DNA from: Octopus sinensis
Taxonomy: Eukaryota
DNA length: 64,000 bases
Assembly: GCF_006345805.1 (NCBI RefSeq)
Contig: NC_043006.1
Location: forward strand, 92,938,001-93,002,000
Direction of reading: 5' to 3'
Positions 1 through 13,924 of this stretch are shown piece by piece. A model generated the notes under the pieces. It was not told where the DNA came from. It saw nothing but the letters and a program-made list of their open reading frames with translations, and ran no database searches. The position numbers and the translations under genes are program-made. The first letter of the stretch is position 1. Each line of letters starts with the position of its first letter.

Positions 1-84
1 ATTATATATATATATATACATATGAATGTACTATATATGCATACTCGCGCGCACAGATATATGTATGTATATACGTGTACATGT

Positions 85-120
<36 letters not shown>

Positions 121-574
121 GTCCGTTCCTCCGTAGGAAAGACATCAATTGTGTTGTAATTGAGAAACATAAACTTGAAGATTTCAGAATTTTATACCTC
201 TTCTCTCTCTCTCTGTTTCTCTCCCTCCGACTCAATCTCATCCTGTCTTTCCTCCTCTCTTCCGTTTCTTCTATGAATGCACTATCGCTATATTAGTTAC
301 AATAACCCACAAACCCTTCATACGTATACCAAACCGTTGCTTTTATTGATCTCATCCTAAGTTGTTGTTCTCAGTTGTCCCTAACCAACCTTAATTGAGA
401 GCCATCTGCTTTATTCTGTTTTGCTCAGAAGTGAAACATTTTTCTATGATTTTTTTTCCCTATATTTCAACTTTAGATTATTAAAGAACATATCCAATGT
501 CGCGTTTACGACTATATATAAATAGACTTCCATGTCTGTTTTATAACAATGTAACTGTATAGAAGCATATATAT

Positions 575-828
575 ACTCTTTTACTCTTTTACTTGTTTTA
601 GTCATTTGACTGTGGCCATGCTGAAGCACCGCCTTTAGTCGAGCAAATCGACCACAGGACTTATTCTTTGGAAGCCTAGTACTTAATCTATCGGTCTTTT
701 TTCCGAACCGCTATGTTGTGTGGACGTAAACACACCAGCATCGGTTGTCAAGCGATGTTGGGGGGACAAACACAGACACAAACATATATACACACACATG
801 CATACATATACACACACACACACACACA

Positions 829-870
<42 letters not shown>

Positions 871-909
871 ATATATATAATATATATATATATATATAAT
901 ATATATATA

Positions 910-954
<45 letters not shown>

Positions 955-1127
955 CACACACATACATATATACTATACAGTTTCCGTTTACAAATTCTAC
1001 TCACAAGGTTTCGGTCGGCTCGAGGTTATAGTAGAAGACACTTGCCCAAGATGCCACGCAATAGGACTGAACCCAGAACCGTGAGGCTGGTAAGCAAGCT
1101 ACTTACCACACAGCCACTTCTGCGCCT
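575..1127 (-). mobile_element. tRNA-derived SINE with internal (TA)n/(CA)n expansion
   Basis: Minus strand starts AGGCGCAGAAGTGGCTGTGTGGTAAG (A-box-like) then GGTTCTGGGTTCAGTCC (B-box-like) and a CTTGGGCAAGTGTCTT V-like motif; tail GGCGGTGCTTCAGCATGGCCACAGTCAAATGAC followed by (AAAAGAGT) repeats. Resembles abundant octopus SINEs. Confidence 0.8.
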
Positions 1128-1140
1128 TTTTTTTAATGAT

Positions 1141-1240
1141 TACAGCACCTAGGTTTCCTAAGTGGTCACCCATCTATACTCACTAAGCTCGATGTTGCTT
1201 AACTTCGGTGATCGGACGAGAACCGGTGCTTTCAACGTGG
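1141..1240 (-). pseudogene. 5S: 5S rRNA pseudogene, 5'-truncated by about 14 nt
   Basis: Reverse complement CCACGTTGAAAGCACCGGTTCTCGTCCGATCACCGAAGTTAAGCAACATCGAGC...GATGGGTGACC...GGTGCTGTA matches the invertebrate/mollusc 5S rRNA consensus; the 5' end is missing and the 3' half is mutated. Confidence 0.9.
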
Positions 1241-2860
1241 ATGAATATGAATGTATGAACGTATGTATGTATTTATATTATAAGTGCATATAGTGCCGCT
1301 GTGTATATTGTACTCTCAGAGTATACATGATATATGAAAATATATCAAAGATGGCCAAAATAACAAACTAATTAATCTGAGAGGAATTCTGTAATATTGA
1401 CAGCTATCTAACTTGTCATATAAGGAAGAAAATCAGACGAGCTCTTCTTTCAAGTCTGTTTTTTAGCACTAATGTTGTTTTTCTTTTTCCTTCCAATATT
1501 TTAATGATCCAGAAATAAGTAATGTGAAAAGACTACTGTTCGATTGTATGAAATCTCATGAGACTGATGGCGAGTGTTGGATGTGTGTATGTAGCCTTGT
1601 CTTTTAACTATGGACTGTTCATCATAAATAGATACATTATATATGTGTGTGCATATATGTATATATATATTCACACATGTATACACACACACATGTACTC
1701 ACACGTACACAACAATATATGTGTATTAGTCTTTCTGTACACAGAGTTCATTTCCAAAAGTTCTGTAATGTATTTATAATGTCCCGCTTATTTCAAGTGA
1801 CAACCAATTTCTATAACCATGACAATGTCCATTACCAAAAACAATCCGTATACCTTTAGGATCGTTTGACATTTTGCTAATATGTATTCTTTGGAGATTT
1901 CATTTAATTCTTACACTACATTGATATCAGGTTATAATTTTTTCCTTTTCTATACAAGTTTGTCGTCTCCATTCATTTCCATTGTATACATAATTAGTTT
2001 CCCGATCTTTTGTCTCCATATTCAAAACGGTTGCAATAGATAGCTATAAAGTGAGCTTCCTTTTTATGACAATAATGACCAACGCATAAATTCTCTCCAG
2101 CTATATGCATCTTGGTCTTAACAATAAGAACACGTCTTACGAACTTTTTATGGTACTTCACTGGTCTTATAGCATTTCTTAACTCAATGTATATCGATAG
2201 TGTTAACTGCTCTCAGCCTGGTTATACGTGCCAAATAATAATTAGATCCTTGCTTTAAGCAGAATACTAGGTATATTCTAACAACGTATAGACTTTCCTT
2301 CCGTTTCCATATATTACATTTCGGTGTCATTCGATATTCAATAACGTTATGGAAAATTCCTGAATAATAACAATGTATTCGATTTTCACTTTTTGTTTTT
2401 GTTCGAGAACGTTGCTGTACCGACTGCATCTTATCGTATTTAATGTAAAAACTCTTCAGTTAGTTCTTTCCCCGTGTTATTCATTTCATTTCCCATTATT
2501 CTGAAGTATTCATCTATTCAGACGTGAATATAGCACAGCTTTACTTTATTTCGCTGCTCGTTTTTACATGGGATATTATAAGAAATAATGAGAATACGCC
2601 AAGAGCATAATTTATATCAACAACAGAAAATAAATATCGATCTATGAATGTGTTCCCGGCTTTCAGCTACCCATTCAAGGAAGTATGTGCGTATAATTCT
2701 GTCTATTATATAACCTGATATAGGGAAGCACATGATCAGAAGTATACAAGCAACTCATATGTTCTCACACACATAGACACACAGACACCTATTCACACCT
2801 ACACAAGCACTTATTTACACTAATCCACGCAGACACCTACACACAGAGAGACACAGAAAC

Positions 2861-2909
<49 letters not shown>

Positions 2910-2989
2910 TAGATAGCGACTGGGAAGGAAAAGTGTCACATTAAATAATTTATAAAGTTAATGTTTATTGAAATACATTTAATTTCCAA

Positions 2990-3640
2990 AATTTAACAAT
3001 CTGCACACAGGATTTAATGCTGTTATTTCCCACTGTATTAGATAATGAACGTCTATATCTATGCTCCGCAGATAAGACGAAGCAATGAAGTTGCAAATAT
3101 GCATGTCTTACCGTATTTGTGAGCATTCTTTTTCAATGGTTGCTTGCCCTCAATTCGTGGATTGTTGACGGTTTGGTACCAAACAGTTTATATTTTAAGC
3201 ATCCCCATAAAAAATGTTTTGTGACCTGAAGTCCTGTGAATGCGGAGTGTATTCTACACAACGTTCATCTCCAGTCAATCTGGATATGCCCGTGGATGAC
3301 CCATTACAACGCCACACTTTTAAAATCCACTTGAATAATTAATAACAGCTTGCCGCATGAGATAATTGGGCCCAGTCACCACCCCCAAACTCAATGGTCC
3401 CATTAGTCCTTCTGATGATAATCTACACCATATTCTAACTCCAGGTATATTAACAAGATTTTCTTCCGTAATATTCGGATTGTCGGTTCCCCAGTAGATG
3501 CAATTTTGGCCGTTAATTCAGCCGTTTGATTTAAATCTAACCTCATCACTCAATACTTTGTTCTGTACATCATCTTCAGCAAGTACTTCTGCAAAACTCC
3601 TCTCTTTGATTTAAATCATCTTCTTGGACTATTTTTGCAA
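2990..3640 (-). pseudogene. Decayed Tc1/mariner-superfamily transposase (mariner-like, maT/DD37D-type motifs)
   Basis: Hand translation across stops and frameshifts: EDDVQNKVLSDE..FKSNG*INGQNCIYWGTDNP..PGVRIWCRLSSEGLMGP..VTGPNYL..IFLWGCLKYKLFGTKP, matching the WSDEAxFxLNGxVNxQNCRYW, VWCGxSxxGxIGP and DFFLWGxLKxKVY motifs. Confidence 0.75.
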
Positions 3641-4199
3641 TGTAACTTTTCCATTTAAGATAAAAACACAGGTAGTCATGTTCTACACAGGTAACAAAAA
3701 GCTGAGGTGATGTCTCTACCAAGGAGTGCATTGCCACTCGGCCTTCTAAAGCATGTACAAGCTTTAAAATCTACGGAATAAAACGCACACTCGCCAATTA
3801 ATAGTATTTATATAGACAAATAAAGCGATCTCTAGAGCAATATAAATACAAATTCAATGCAATTAGTACATGACATTCTAAATCTATAGAAATGGACTAA
3901 ATGCATTACTTGAATAAAATTCATTGTAGTTATAAATTATATAAAAATGTTATCGATAATGTCAGAAGACTGGAGACAAGATCTATGACATGAAACCATA
4001 TCCTACGACATAATGTAGGACGGAAAGCACCGACATTAAAAGAAGGAATGTTATTACTATTATTACTATTATTATTTTATTTTATCAAAAGCAAATACCT
4101 AAACAACCACCCGAGAAGCCAGTTCGATGAAGCAAATTATTAATCACTACAGATTTGATTATGGGTATGAATATAGGGATAAGGAATTCCATTTCCAGT

Positions 4200-4345
4200 C
4201 ACGTGGTTTCAGGTCCACTTGCACTGCACTTCGGGTAAATGTTTTACACTATTGTCCGAGGCCGATCAATACCTTCTAAGTGAATTTGCAAGAGGGAAAC
4301 TTTAGGGAAACCCGTCGCATAAACATATATATGTGTGTGTTCGTG
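4200..4345 (+). mobile_element. Degenerate copy of the 575-1127 SINE family
   Basis: CACGTGGTTTCAGGTCC..GGGTAAATGTTTTACACTATTGTCCGAGGCCGATCAA..GGAAACCCGTCG followed by (TA/TG)n parallels the body of the 575-1127 SINE. Confidence 0.55.
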
Positions 4346-7300
4346 TTTGTCACTTCAGAATCAGGGTTGGTTTATCTACACGTACCCGTTACATTAGTAG
4401 TTTGGCGAAAGGGACAGATAGAATATTTACAAGATTATTTCTTGAAAATAAGTCCTAAAGCCTGTTTGTTCAACGAAAAGCCTTCATGGCGGTGTCGAAA
4501 CCCCGTGGTTGAAAAGCTTTTTAACCACGCAACTATGGTGAAGAATTTTAGAAAGCTGCTGTACCGCACATTCCCCAAGGACTTCTTAGCAGAATAGAAA
4601 TAACTGGATGAAATAAATTAAACTAGAACAGAGTCGTGTTTTCTATGAATGATATATATTTACATTTGTTTGAGTGTTTGTAGAGTGTATAATTGTGCTA
4701 GACAGACTGTATCTAATAGAAATTATAAAATTTTACGCTGTGATACATAAAGTGTAAAGTTATAGACTCATAAAATTCAGGAGTTTTTATTTCTGTGACG
4801 TTCTTTTCCAGTTATATTAAGTATCTTTTGTATTCTGGTTATAGGTCCATATGATCTGGCAACGATGTATATGTCTTGCAAATTATTTCGCTTTACTTTC
4901 GCCTTCTTTTGATAGATATTTTTGTTTCGGACGACATATCATTCAAGAATTTTCGATTCATATTCTCCTCTCGTAAAATATGATTATGTTTGGTCTGTTG
5001 CCTAATTCAATTTCGAAATATATTTTATTGCATGATATTATACATTTTACTTTGATTTATTTGGGAATTTATTAACTGCCAGTAACCGAATGACAATCGC
5101 TTGCTATTCTTGAATCTCTGAGATTGAAAACCAAACAATTTCCATAAGGTCATTCGTAACTATTTTCTCTCAAATGTCGAGATGAACAGAACAAAAAAAA
5201 AAAATCATTGAATCAAGGGAATTATTTAGATGGTTTCCTGCAAAAGATGATTCTGTTTTACTTCATAAAAGACTATCCTTCAGCTTATTTGACAGCTTCT
5301 GTTAAGTCTATTATGTTTATTTCTGTTAGCAATTACCAAACATGATGCTTTAGTAAGAATATAGAGTTAGGATGTACAATGAATATATAATTATAAATTG
5401 AATAATGTTAGAATTACATTCTCTCCCCGCGCACAATATATTATGTACATTATACAAAACGGATTTTTAACAGACGTGGACAATGAATATTTCTCTTTAA
5501 TTCTAGTTTATTATTTTACAACGAGATAAATTTATACAAAATCATTATAGCCTTTTGGAACGACTCTATATATGACTGAAAATTACTTTCGAATTCTTTT
5601 TGTTACGAATGTGATAAACACTAATGATGCTTAAGAAAGAAACAAACTACCAGCATTAAATAGATTCAGTATTATAATATATTATAATGTTTTAGTAAAT
5701 AGAAGTAATTCATCAAATCTGATAGGTTATCGCTACTAAAATTCCTATAGCTTGGAGCTATTCATTAACTAATTGATTTTGTTTCATTGTCACCAGAAAC
5801 GGGTAGAATAGAAACACAAACCAAATCAGAAAAGAAGCCACCATCAATGGAAGCGTGGTTTGTACTTGTAATTTAATTGGGAGGGTGAATTACAACACGA
5901 CATAGAAGTACCCTTTCATGACGGTCATTAGCATTTTTGTAGAGGGCGCTTTTCCTCCGTTTTCGTAACATACCTCCCATAATGATTCCCGTTTTTCACC
6001 TCCAAGCATTCTCACCAAGAGTAAATTCTAATGTGATCGATTCATTGTCATACGCAAAATAATTCAATTGGCAATTGCCCTCAAAGATAGAGGAAAGAAA
6101 GATATACGCTAATGCCAGTAGTAGCATCTGTGAAATAAAATATCTTGAGGTGTCCTTTAGAAGGTGGAATAACCAACAAAAACCAGAGAAAGTCAGTAGC
6201 GTTTCGATGCGACACTTACAATAGACAGACAAATAAGTTCTGACCAGTGTTGTTCGCTAAGTAGAGAGACATATACAAGTTCTTTGGTTTGGTTTACTTC
6301 AGTCAAACCTTGCACTTGTTACGAATTGAGATGGAGGGTAACAATAAAAAGTAGCTAATCACACTCAGAAATGGTCTGAAAAGAAAGCTTTGGTGAATAA
6401 CTATATCACTTGAATGGTATATTTTCGCAGGAAAACTCTAGAGGAAGATCATCGTTAATTGACTGGTTGCACTCAGAAAATGTGAACATACATTTACGCA
6501 TGTAAAGTGGACAATGATTAACACAAAAAAAAGAGAAAGAAAAAGAAAAAATAAGCGATAAGAATTTTAATGAGAACACGAATGCAAATTTATACCTTGC
6601 TGTTATTTATGCTTTCTGTTATAACATTTTAACTTCTACAAAATTGAAGGAACAAAGTTCCGTGACAGATTTTTACAATCATTTGGTTTTAATTGCAGCT
6701 ATGCTTCCCTTCGTTGGCGTAGTAACTCTAAGGCTACGTCTCCGCTATGTTAGAATCGATCAACCTCTTCTATTTCGTGTACTCTTCATAGGGTTCCCGA
6801 AGAGAAACACAGGCAGTGCTCTTTCTTATGCGTGGAAGGAATTGTTTTCCTCTTCGATTATGAGATCTGCCCGAAACTTTACAGTTCTCTTCAATTTCCT
6901 GGCATAAAATGTGTTTTATTGTCAAGTATACGTATTTGATATTCGTCGTTGACCCAGTCTATAAAATATGTGATACCAGGTAACTGTAGCACTTCAATGG
7001 ACAATTCTAGAAAGACAACGTTTACATTAAAGTCATAGAGGTACAGTGGGATAGGAAGAAATTATTAGAACGATATTGACTGATATAGATTTGATTCTAC
7101 TGGGATGTTTCATCGATTAAGAAGCAGTAGATCACGTCATTACTAATAAGAGAAATACAGAAATTTATTAGTGTTCTAGGTGAGGATAAGGAAGGCAAAT
7201 AGTTGATAGGTATCTCTTAAACGCTTATTCCACTTCGTGTATTATATGACCATTAATTATGAGTTTCAGACTTCTTCTGCCACCTATACCCTTTAATGAT

Positions 7301-8042
7301 ATTAAACATTCATTCACAATTGGATATGTTTCGTACATATGTATCATATGCATTGCTATATTCTACATTAAATAGTTTCATGTGAAACGCGTCCTATTCT
7401 GATAGCTAGCTTCATTATCATTAATAACTGTCTGTCGTACAATTATGATATTTACACAGCTTACTCAAAATCTATCATACTGCTACTGTTGCTAGAAGAT
7501 TCTCATGGCATATTATAATATACACAGCAGATAATTATGGTTGCTTTCAACCATCATATTATGCCGGCGTATAATGAAACTATAATCACACCTATCCTTT
7601 CTACTGTTACATATGTGTTGCAAATACTAATTTCCTGCTTCATGACTATGTGAGGTATAGCAGTGTATTGTTATATAACACAATGCAGAATGTAATTTTT
7701 GCAGTCGATACCAGATATTTTCCAAATGTCATTACTATTCTATAAAATTGCATCTTTCATTATAAACACATACCATGTCACTAACACCAGTCTAATTATA
7801 AAGTGATACTGAGTTTTCTCACAATTTTACAGCTTTTTAATTAAAAACAAAGAACACAAAGACCAGTACCAAAATGAATAATGTAATAGATCAACGAATA
7901 AATATGTTCTTTTCCATCTACATCTGTAACTACTAAGAATGCTTTCAATAATACACGCCAAGACCGTTCTTACTTATCATCGTCACCGACTGAATATGGT
8001 ATGCTTAATATCATAAAGATGTGTATATATGTGTGTTACTGA

Positions 8043-8085
<43 letters not shown>

Positions 8086-8124
8086 ATATACATATATACA
8101 TGTATGTATATATGTGTGTGTATG

Positions 8125-8170
<46 letters not shown>

Positions 8171-8654
8171 TACATGTATGTATATATGTGTGTATGTATT
8201 TATATACATATATATGCATGTATGTATATATATTATATATATATACATATATACATGTATGTACATATATATATATACACATATATACATGAATGTATAT
8301 ATATATATATATATATATAAGCATATGTATGTGTATATATATATATATATATAATATATATATATATATATTATATATATATATGCATATGTATATTCAC
8401 ACACACATGTGGTAGTAAGATTGATGTTGCAAGCTGAATCAAGTGATGCCAGAAGAATATGTTAAGTGTAAAAGTAGGAAGATGCTAAATATACCAAATT
8501 CGAAGACATTCATATGGTATTTCTTTGGTAAACTTTGCACATGATTTCGTTCCATTAAAGTTGTTAAGGAGATAAATTTTATATATATATATAGTTAAAC
8601 TTTATTTAAAGAATATGGTATGCGATTAGGAAACGGAACGTGTGAACCAAGCAG

Positions 8655-9300
8655 GAGAATCAGGAAAATGAAACAGTTAAAGAAGGAAAAAAATACAACC
8701 TAAGAAAGCAATGGATATTGTGCTGAGGGAGACGAAAATCCGGAACTCGTACAGCTATGCGAAGATTTAAAAATGAAATTCCGTTATGTGCAACGACATA
8801 TCCGCCGATATGAGCAAATAAAAGAAAGTAAAAGGACTCGTGAACAGTTTCTGAAGGACTCGTACGGAGTAACCAAGAAGCTGTTCTCTGAACCGAAGAG
8901 TGGTACTTTATCGTGCACAAAAGAAGATTTGGATTCTCATATCAAAGAAACCTACAGCGATTCAAGCCTTAATCAGCCACTGCCATCTAGAAATGGGCTG
9001 AAGCATCTCTTAGAACCTGATATTGAATTTCAAATTGGGGACATCAGAAAGAAAGAGGTGAATGATTTCGTGAGAAAAGCCAGAGCAACGATTACCCCAG
9101 GAGGTGATGGCGTCTCGTATAAAGTTTACAAATATAGCAATCGTCTACGAAAGAAGCTCTTTGTACTATTCAGACAGCTGTGGTGCAAAGAGACTCTAGT
9201 AGAGGAGTGGTGTAAGGCAGAAGGAGGCCAATGCAATGAATATAAAACAGTTTAGGCCGATATCTTTAGGGATTATCTTTAGGGGAATTCTCTCTAGGAG
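8655..9300 (+). pseudogene. Fragment of an RLE-type non-LTR retrotransposon (HERO/NeSL-like), pre-RT region and RT domain 0-1
   Basis: ORF 8773-9255: FLKDSYGVTKKLFSEPKSGTL..YSD..EVNDFVRKARATITPGGDGVSYKVYKY..W..W.KAEG, then QFRPISL; matches the HERO-type VRKARxxSAPGPxGxxYKVYK..WxxAEG motif. Confidence 0.65.
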
Positions 9301-9484
9301 AAGAGTGGTACATCTACAAAGTAATGAATACGTTGTAAGCGTCTAAATGCCCATCAGAAATGCATATTCCAACGCGAGTATTGAAGCTGAAATTTCACTT
9401 AGCATTATTTATAGAATTTAACATAGGAACCATGACTGATATAAATATATATATATATATATATATATGAGAAATTTTCTATAG

Positions 9485-9765
9485 AAGATGAAAGCATTAA
9501 CTCTTATCCCCACTTAAAAAATGGCGGTATCGTAGAAAACGACGCAACAACTATTTTAACCCCAAGAGCACGCTTTCACCAGCTGGTTATTCGACACTAT
9601 CTGCACCCTATGTATATTGCAAACAGAGGGAATAAACCTATACCAACATACAGCCACGAAACCACCCGACCGTACGGTTTCAACCCCTTCATGGCCATCC
9701 TCGGTGGTGGATACTCGTCCGCCAATGACGGAAACTGCGAGGCCACTGTCAACATTTTTCTTTAA
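9485..9765 (+). CDS. Candidate terminal coding exon of an unidentified gene
   Basis: AG at 9483-84 after TTTTCT, then a stop-free frame (EDESINSYPHLKNGG...GFNPFMAILGGGYSSANDGNCEATVNIFL*) with raised GC and many C-ending codons; TAA at 9763-65, AATAAA at 9770-75. No homolog recognised. Confidence 0.35.
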
Positions 9766-11014
9766 GGCTAATAAACTCACTCATACACTACACGTATGCA
9801 CACGCACACACACACACACATACATGCGCATATCTATATATTCCACAACCAAGTATTTTCTATTTGAATAGCGAAATCTCTATATGTATATTATTTACGA
9901 CTTAAAGCTTGAACCAAACAAGTGCAAACCTCTAAGTAAAGTGTCACCGTCAAGGCAATGCGACCTACATTCTCAGATATCTATCTATGAAAGGATTCTT
10001 AAACTAAACTTGCTTGAACATTAATTGGGTTTTCACGGAGTAAAACTTATATAGCAGTATGTTTAATTTTAAAATTTGTTCAATACATCATTATATAGAA
10101 TATATTATTAAGAGAAACTTAATATTACGCGGCTTTCAGTTATTCTCTGAAGTATCTGTTTCACTCTGAAGTATGTATTGAAAGATTTCTTCCTTGCACG
10201 ATTCAAATAATTCTTCATACGTGAGATTTACTCCCATCAGCAATCTTCGCTATATATCGAGCTGTAAGCGTTGCATATTTTTCAATTTATGCTAAAAGAT
10301 TTATCGCATATTTTTTTATTATTTATTGCTATAGCCATACTACCAAATCAGAAAAAAACAAATGAGCTGCCCTAATTGTATCTATGCTCGACTTTGCTCT
10401 TCATTCCTCCAGGGATCATGAACGCAAAATACTAGCTACATGCTATTGTTTCATGAATCAACTACACGCACACCGAAATGCGTGATGTTATTCCAATGTG
10501 ACGAGTCAATATTATTTCCTACAATCACTATTCATTATTATATCGTTCCTTAATATGTTATATGTTCATTCTTGTATTCTTGATACCAAACTTGCATTTC
10601 CAAATATATTCCTTTCAAACTATAGACACTCTTATTTATAGCAGAGAAAATAATCTATTTGGATTTTTACTGATTGTATCGATAATCACTACATCTGATT
10701 TCCTGAATGGCGCCATGCGCTTTACTAATACAACTCGAGGAATGCTGTCCCATATGACATTCATGCATTTTTCGAGATTGTTCTTCACCCATGGAATTGA
10801 ATTTTAACTGAAATCCTAAAGCAGTCAGTATTTTTACATTTCAACTTGCAAACACTCGAATCAATGATAATCTTCATTTCTAGATTTAGTAAATACATAT
10901 CCGTATTTGCCTGCAAAGGCTTGGTCTCTCATAAATATATTTCTTACACGTGACCATTCGTTGGAAAGTGTTAACAATACTCGTAAAGAGCAGATATATT
11001 TCACAACGTCAGCA

Positions 11015-11305
11015 ACATGAAGATTCGTGGCTCTGTAGTTAGAGTATTTGGCAATCGTGAGTTCGAGCCCCGGCAGCACGTTGTATCCTTATATTATGAC
11101 GCTGCAGTCCAATCAGCTGACAAAGATAAGTAGCACCTGTGTTTCAAAAGAACAGCCTTATCCCATTCTGTGCCAGGCTGGGTTTCCTTCACCATTATAC
11201 CTGTGGCTCAGTACATTTGCACGTTAAGTTTCCGACCTCTCTGCTTCGTTGATCGACTCAACTGGAACACTCATCGTCGTAACTGACGGAGTGCTAGTCT
11301 TTTTT
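11015..11305 (+). mobile_element. Degenerate tRNA-derived SINE
   Basis: GTGGCTCTGTAGTTAGAG / GAGTTCGAGCCCC box remnants; the tail CGTTGATCGACTCAACTGGAACACTCATCGTCGTAACTGACGGAGTGC is shared with the SINE at 25262-25655. Confidence 0.55.
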
Positions 11306-11908
11306 TCTTTTTTCTTTTTATCAGTAATTCTTTCTTTTTTTCGGAAAATGGCTCTCATAGCAAACTTTTGAACTTCCAGTAAACGACCTGTCTGTCTTTC
11401 TAACACGCCACCAAATATAATGCTAAATGACGCCTCTAATAGATTGTCCTGTAATTGCTGTCTAACGGCTTGTTTTCATTTTCCTGACGGCATAAACTTC
11501 TAGTCCTCTGTTACTAATCAATACAAACTATATTAAATACATAATTGATTCGAGTTGTATTGCTAATTATTTGATTATGTTGAACAATATTATTTCTGGT
11601 CGGCACAGAAATCTCTAAACTTGTTTACGTGGTGTTGCGTGGCTTTGTCCGTTTCATAATTAATCTAGTAAATAGTTCTGCCCGACATATATCTCTATAT
11701 TGACTATATTATATGAACATGTTTTGCGTTTCTGCGTTCCATGTGTTCAAGTTTACAGCCTCTCATAACATAGTAGGTTCAGAGCTAGATTGATCAAATA
11801 CGTAGCAGACTTTCAAATATATTCTGGGGTTGGTGTAATCGACTAAAACCTTGAATGACAACTATAACTGCATTCGAAGAATTGTTATCTAGAGAGAATA
11901 ATATTTTC

Positions 11909-11945
<37 letters not shown>

Positions 11946-12289
11946 TCTTTCTAATTTTAATAAAAAATCCAGTGGTTTCAAGAAAGGGTTGGCATCGACA
12001 ATGTAACCTGCTGGTTTTTATTTCATCGACTCGGTTAGTGTAAAATGCAAGGTTGACGTCGGCGCTATTATATACATATTTTTTCTCTCTCTCTCTCCAC
12101 TTTTTTCCTTTCATCTCTTTCTGTCGAAACGTCAAAGAATTTTCCATTCTTCCGGAGCGTCAAACTGATACGCCTGCTATTTGCCTTCTCACCTCTCTTT
12201 GCTGTAAATTTGAACCACACACACGCACTTAAATATGTATGTATATGTATGAATGTGTTTATATATGTCTGGATATACATCTGCACAAA

Positions 12290-12486
12290 CTACATACTTC
12301 CTTTGAAGTGTGTCCACCAATTTTCACTGACAAATCCTCAGTGCATGACCTGGGTAAATACATGAGCAATGATGCATCTTTCCAAGTGCGTATTGCCAAT
12401 TTGGTAATAAAATGCAGACAGCAAGCTGGATGGATTATCCTAACTTTGTGAACAAGAGGAGACACTGATGGTCCTTTGGAAGACAC
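12290..12486 (+). pseudogene. CR1/L2-like LINE fragment, RT C-terminal region
   Basis: VHDLGKYMSNDASFQVRIANLVIKCRQQAGWII..F..R....MVLWKT resembles the CR1-group VRDLGxxxSxDxSFxxHI..GWIxRTF motif. Confidence 0.6.
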
Positions 12487-12636
12487 GCATATAAATATAT
12501 TTATACACACATATATATATATACACGTGTATATATATATATACATATATTTATACACGTACATATATATTTATACACGTATACATATATATTTACACAC
12601 GTATGTATATATATGTATGTATATATAGATATGTAT

Positions 12637-12721
<85 letters not shown>

Positions 12722-13289
12722 AACACGGGCGTGCTTACATACTCAAATGCGCACACGCATGTATGTGTACATACTATGTATATATTCATATCCATACATT
12801 TCCATATATGTACACATACACATACATATAGATAGTATACATACATCACTATATATACATACATATATGAATGGCGCCTGTTAGGCTATAGGAATTATAT
12901 TCACAGAAGTTTGCCTAATTAAAAACTTTATTTGGAGTGGTGATGAGCCACAGATTCCGGAGGAGATGTCAAACTTCTATTCTAAAGAATATTCTTGAAA
13001 CTTATATAACAGGTGCTAATATATCAAGTATTCTTTTCACTCACGATTGTGCTGGCGTGTTTTATTTCGTTACCACCTAATTTTTACCCAAAACGTAAGA
13101 ATTCCCAATTATTTTATACTGGAGCTCACATAATATTTTGTTGAAGTGTCTTACTGATTAAAAAAATAAATTTTCTCACAATATTTTCATTAATTCAAGA
13201 CATACTTATATTATCAGTATATATTTTAATAAAACGTATTGAAATAAACGCTTAACCTATAATGCATACATGTATTTATAAATTTTATA

Positions 13290-13325
<36 letters not shown>

Positions 13326-13329
<4 letters not shown>

Positions 13330-13570
13330 ATTTTATCTAGTTTCAGCTCACGAGCTGTGGCCATGCTAGGGCACCGCCATATATATATATATATACAACA
13401 ACAATATAAGGAATGGCCCTGATAGGCCATTCGACTCACTAGAAATAGCAGCCAAACTCAAACCGCTAAATAGTTGTAATTCTGAAATTGGAAGAGAAAT
13501 AAAAACATTTACCCTTTTCATCTCTGGACTATGCATAGTTTCGACGAACTTAGTAAACAAATTAATTAAA

Positions 13571-13625
<55 letters not shown>

Positions 13626-13866
13626 ATTTTATCTAGTTTCAGCTCACGAGCTGTGGCCATGCTAGGGCACCGCCATATATATATATATATACAACAACAA
13701 TATAAGGAATGGCCCTGATAGGCCATTCGACTCACTAGAAATAGCAGCCAAACTCAAACCGCTAAATAGTTGTAATTCTGAAATTGGAAGAGAAATAAAA
13801 ACATTTACCCTTTTCATCTCTGGACTATGCATAGTTTCGACGAACTTAGTAAACAAATTAATTAAA

Positions 13867-13873
<7 letters not shown>
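13326..13873. repeat. Perfect tandem duplication, 296-bp period, delimited by (TA)n
   Basis: Identical ORFs 13366-13560 and 13662-13856; each unit holds a SINE tail (CTAGTTTCAGCTCACGAGCTGTGGCCATGC) and ends in (TA)n. Confidence 0.9.

Positions 13874-13924
<51 letters not shown>

Noticed and set aside
1750-2430. Possible old L1-like ORF2 C-terminal remnant on the minus strand
   Set aside because: No diagnostic motif recoverable after multiple stops.
5795-5880. Short possible plus-strand exon (ETGRIETQTKSEKKPPSMEAW)
   Set aside because: Too short, no clear donor site and no homology.
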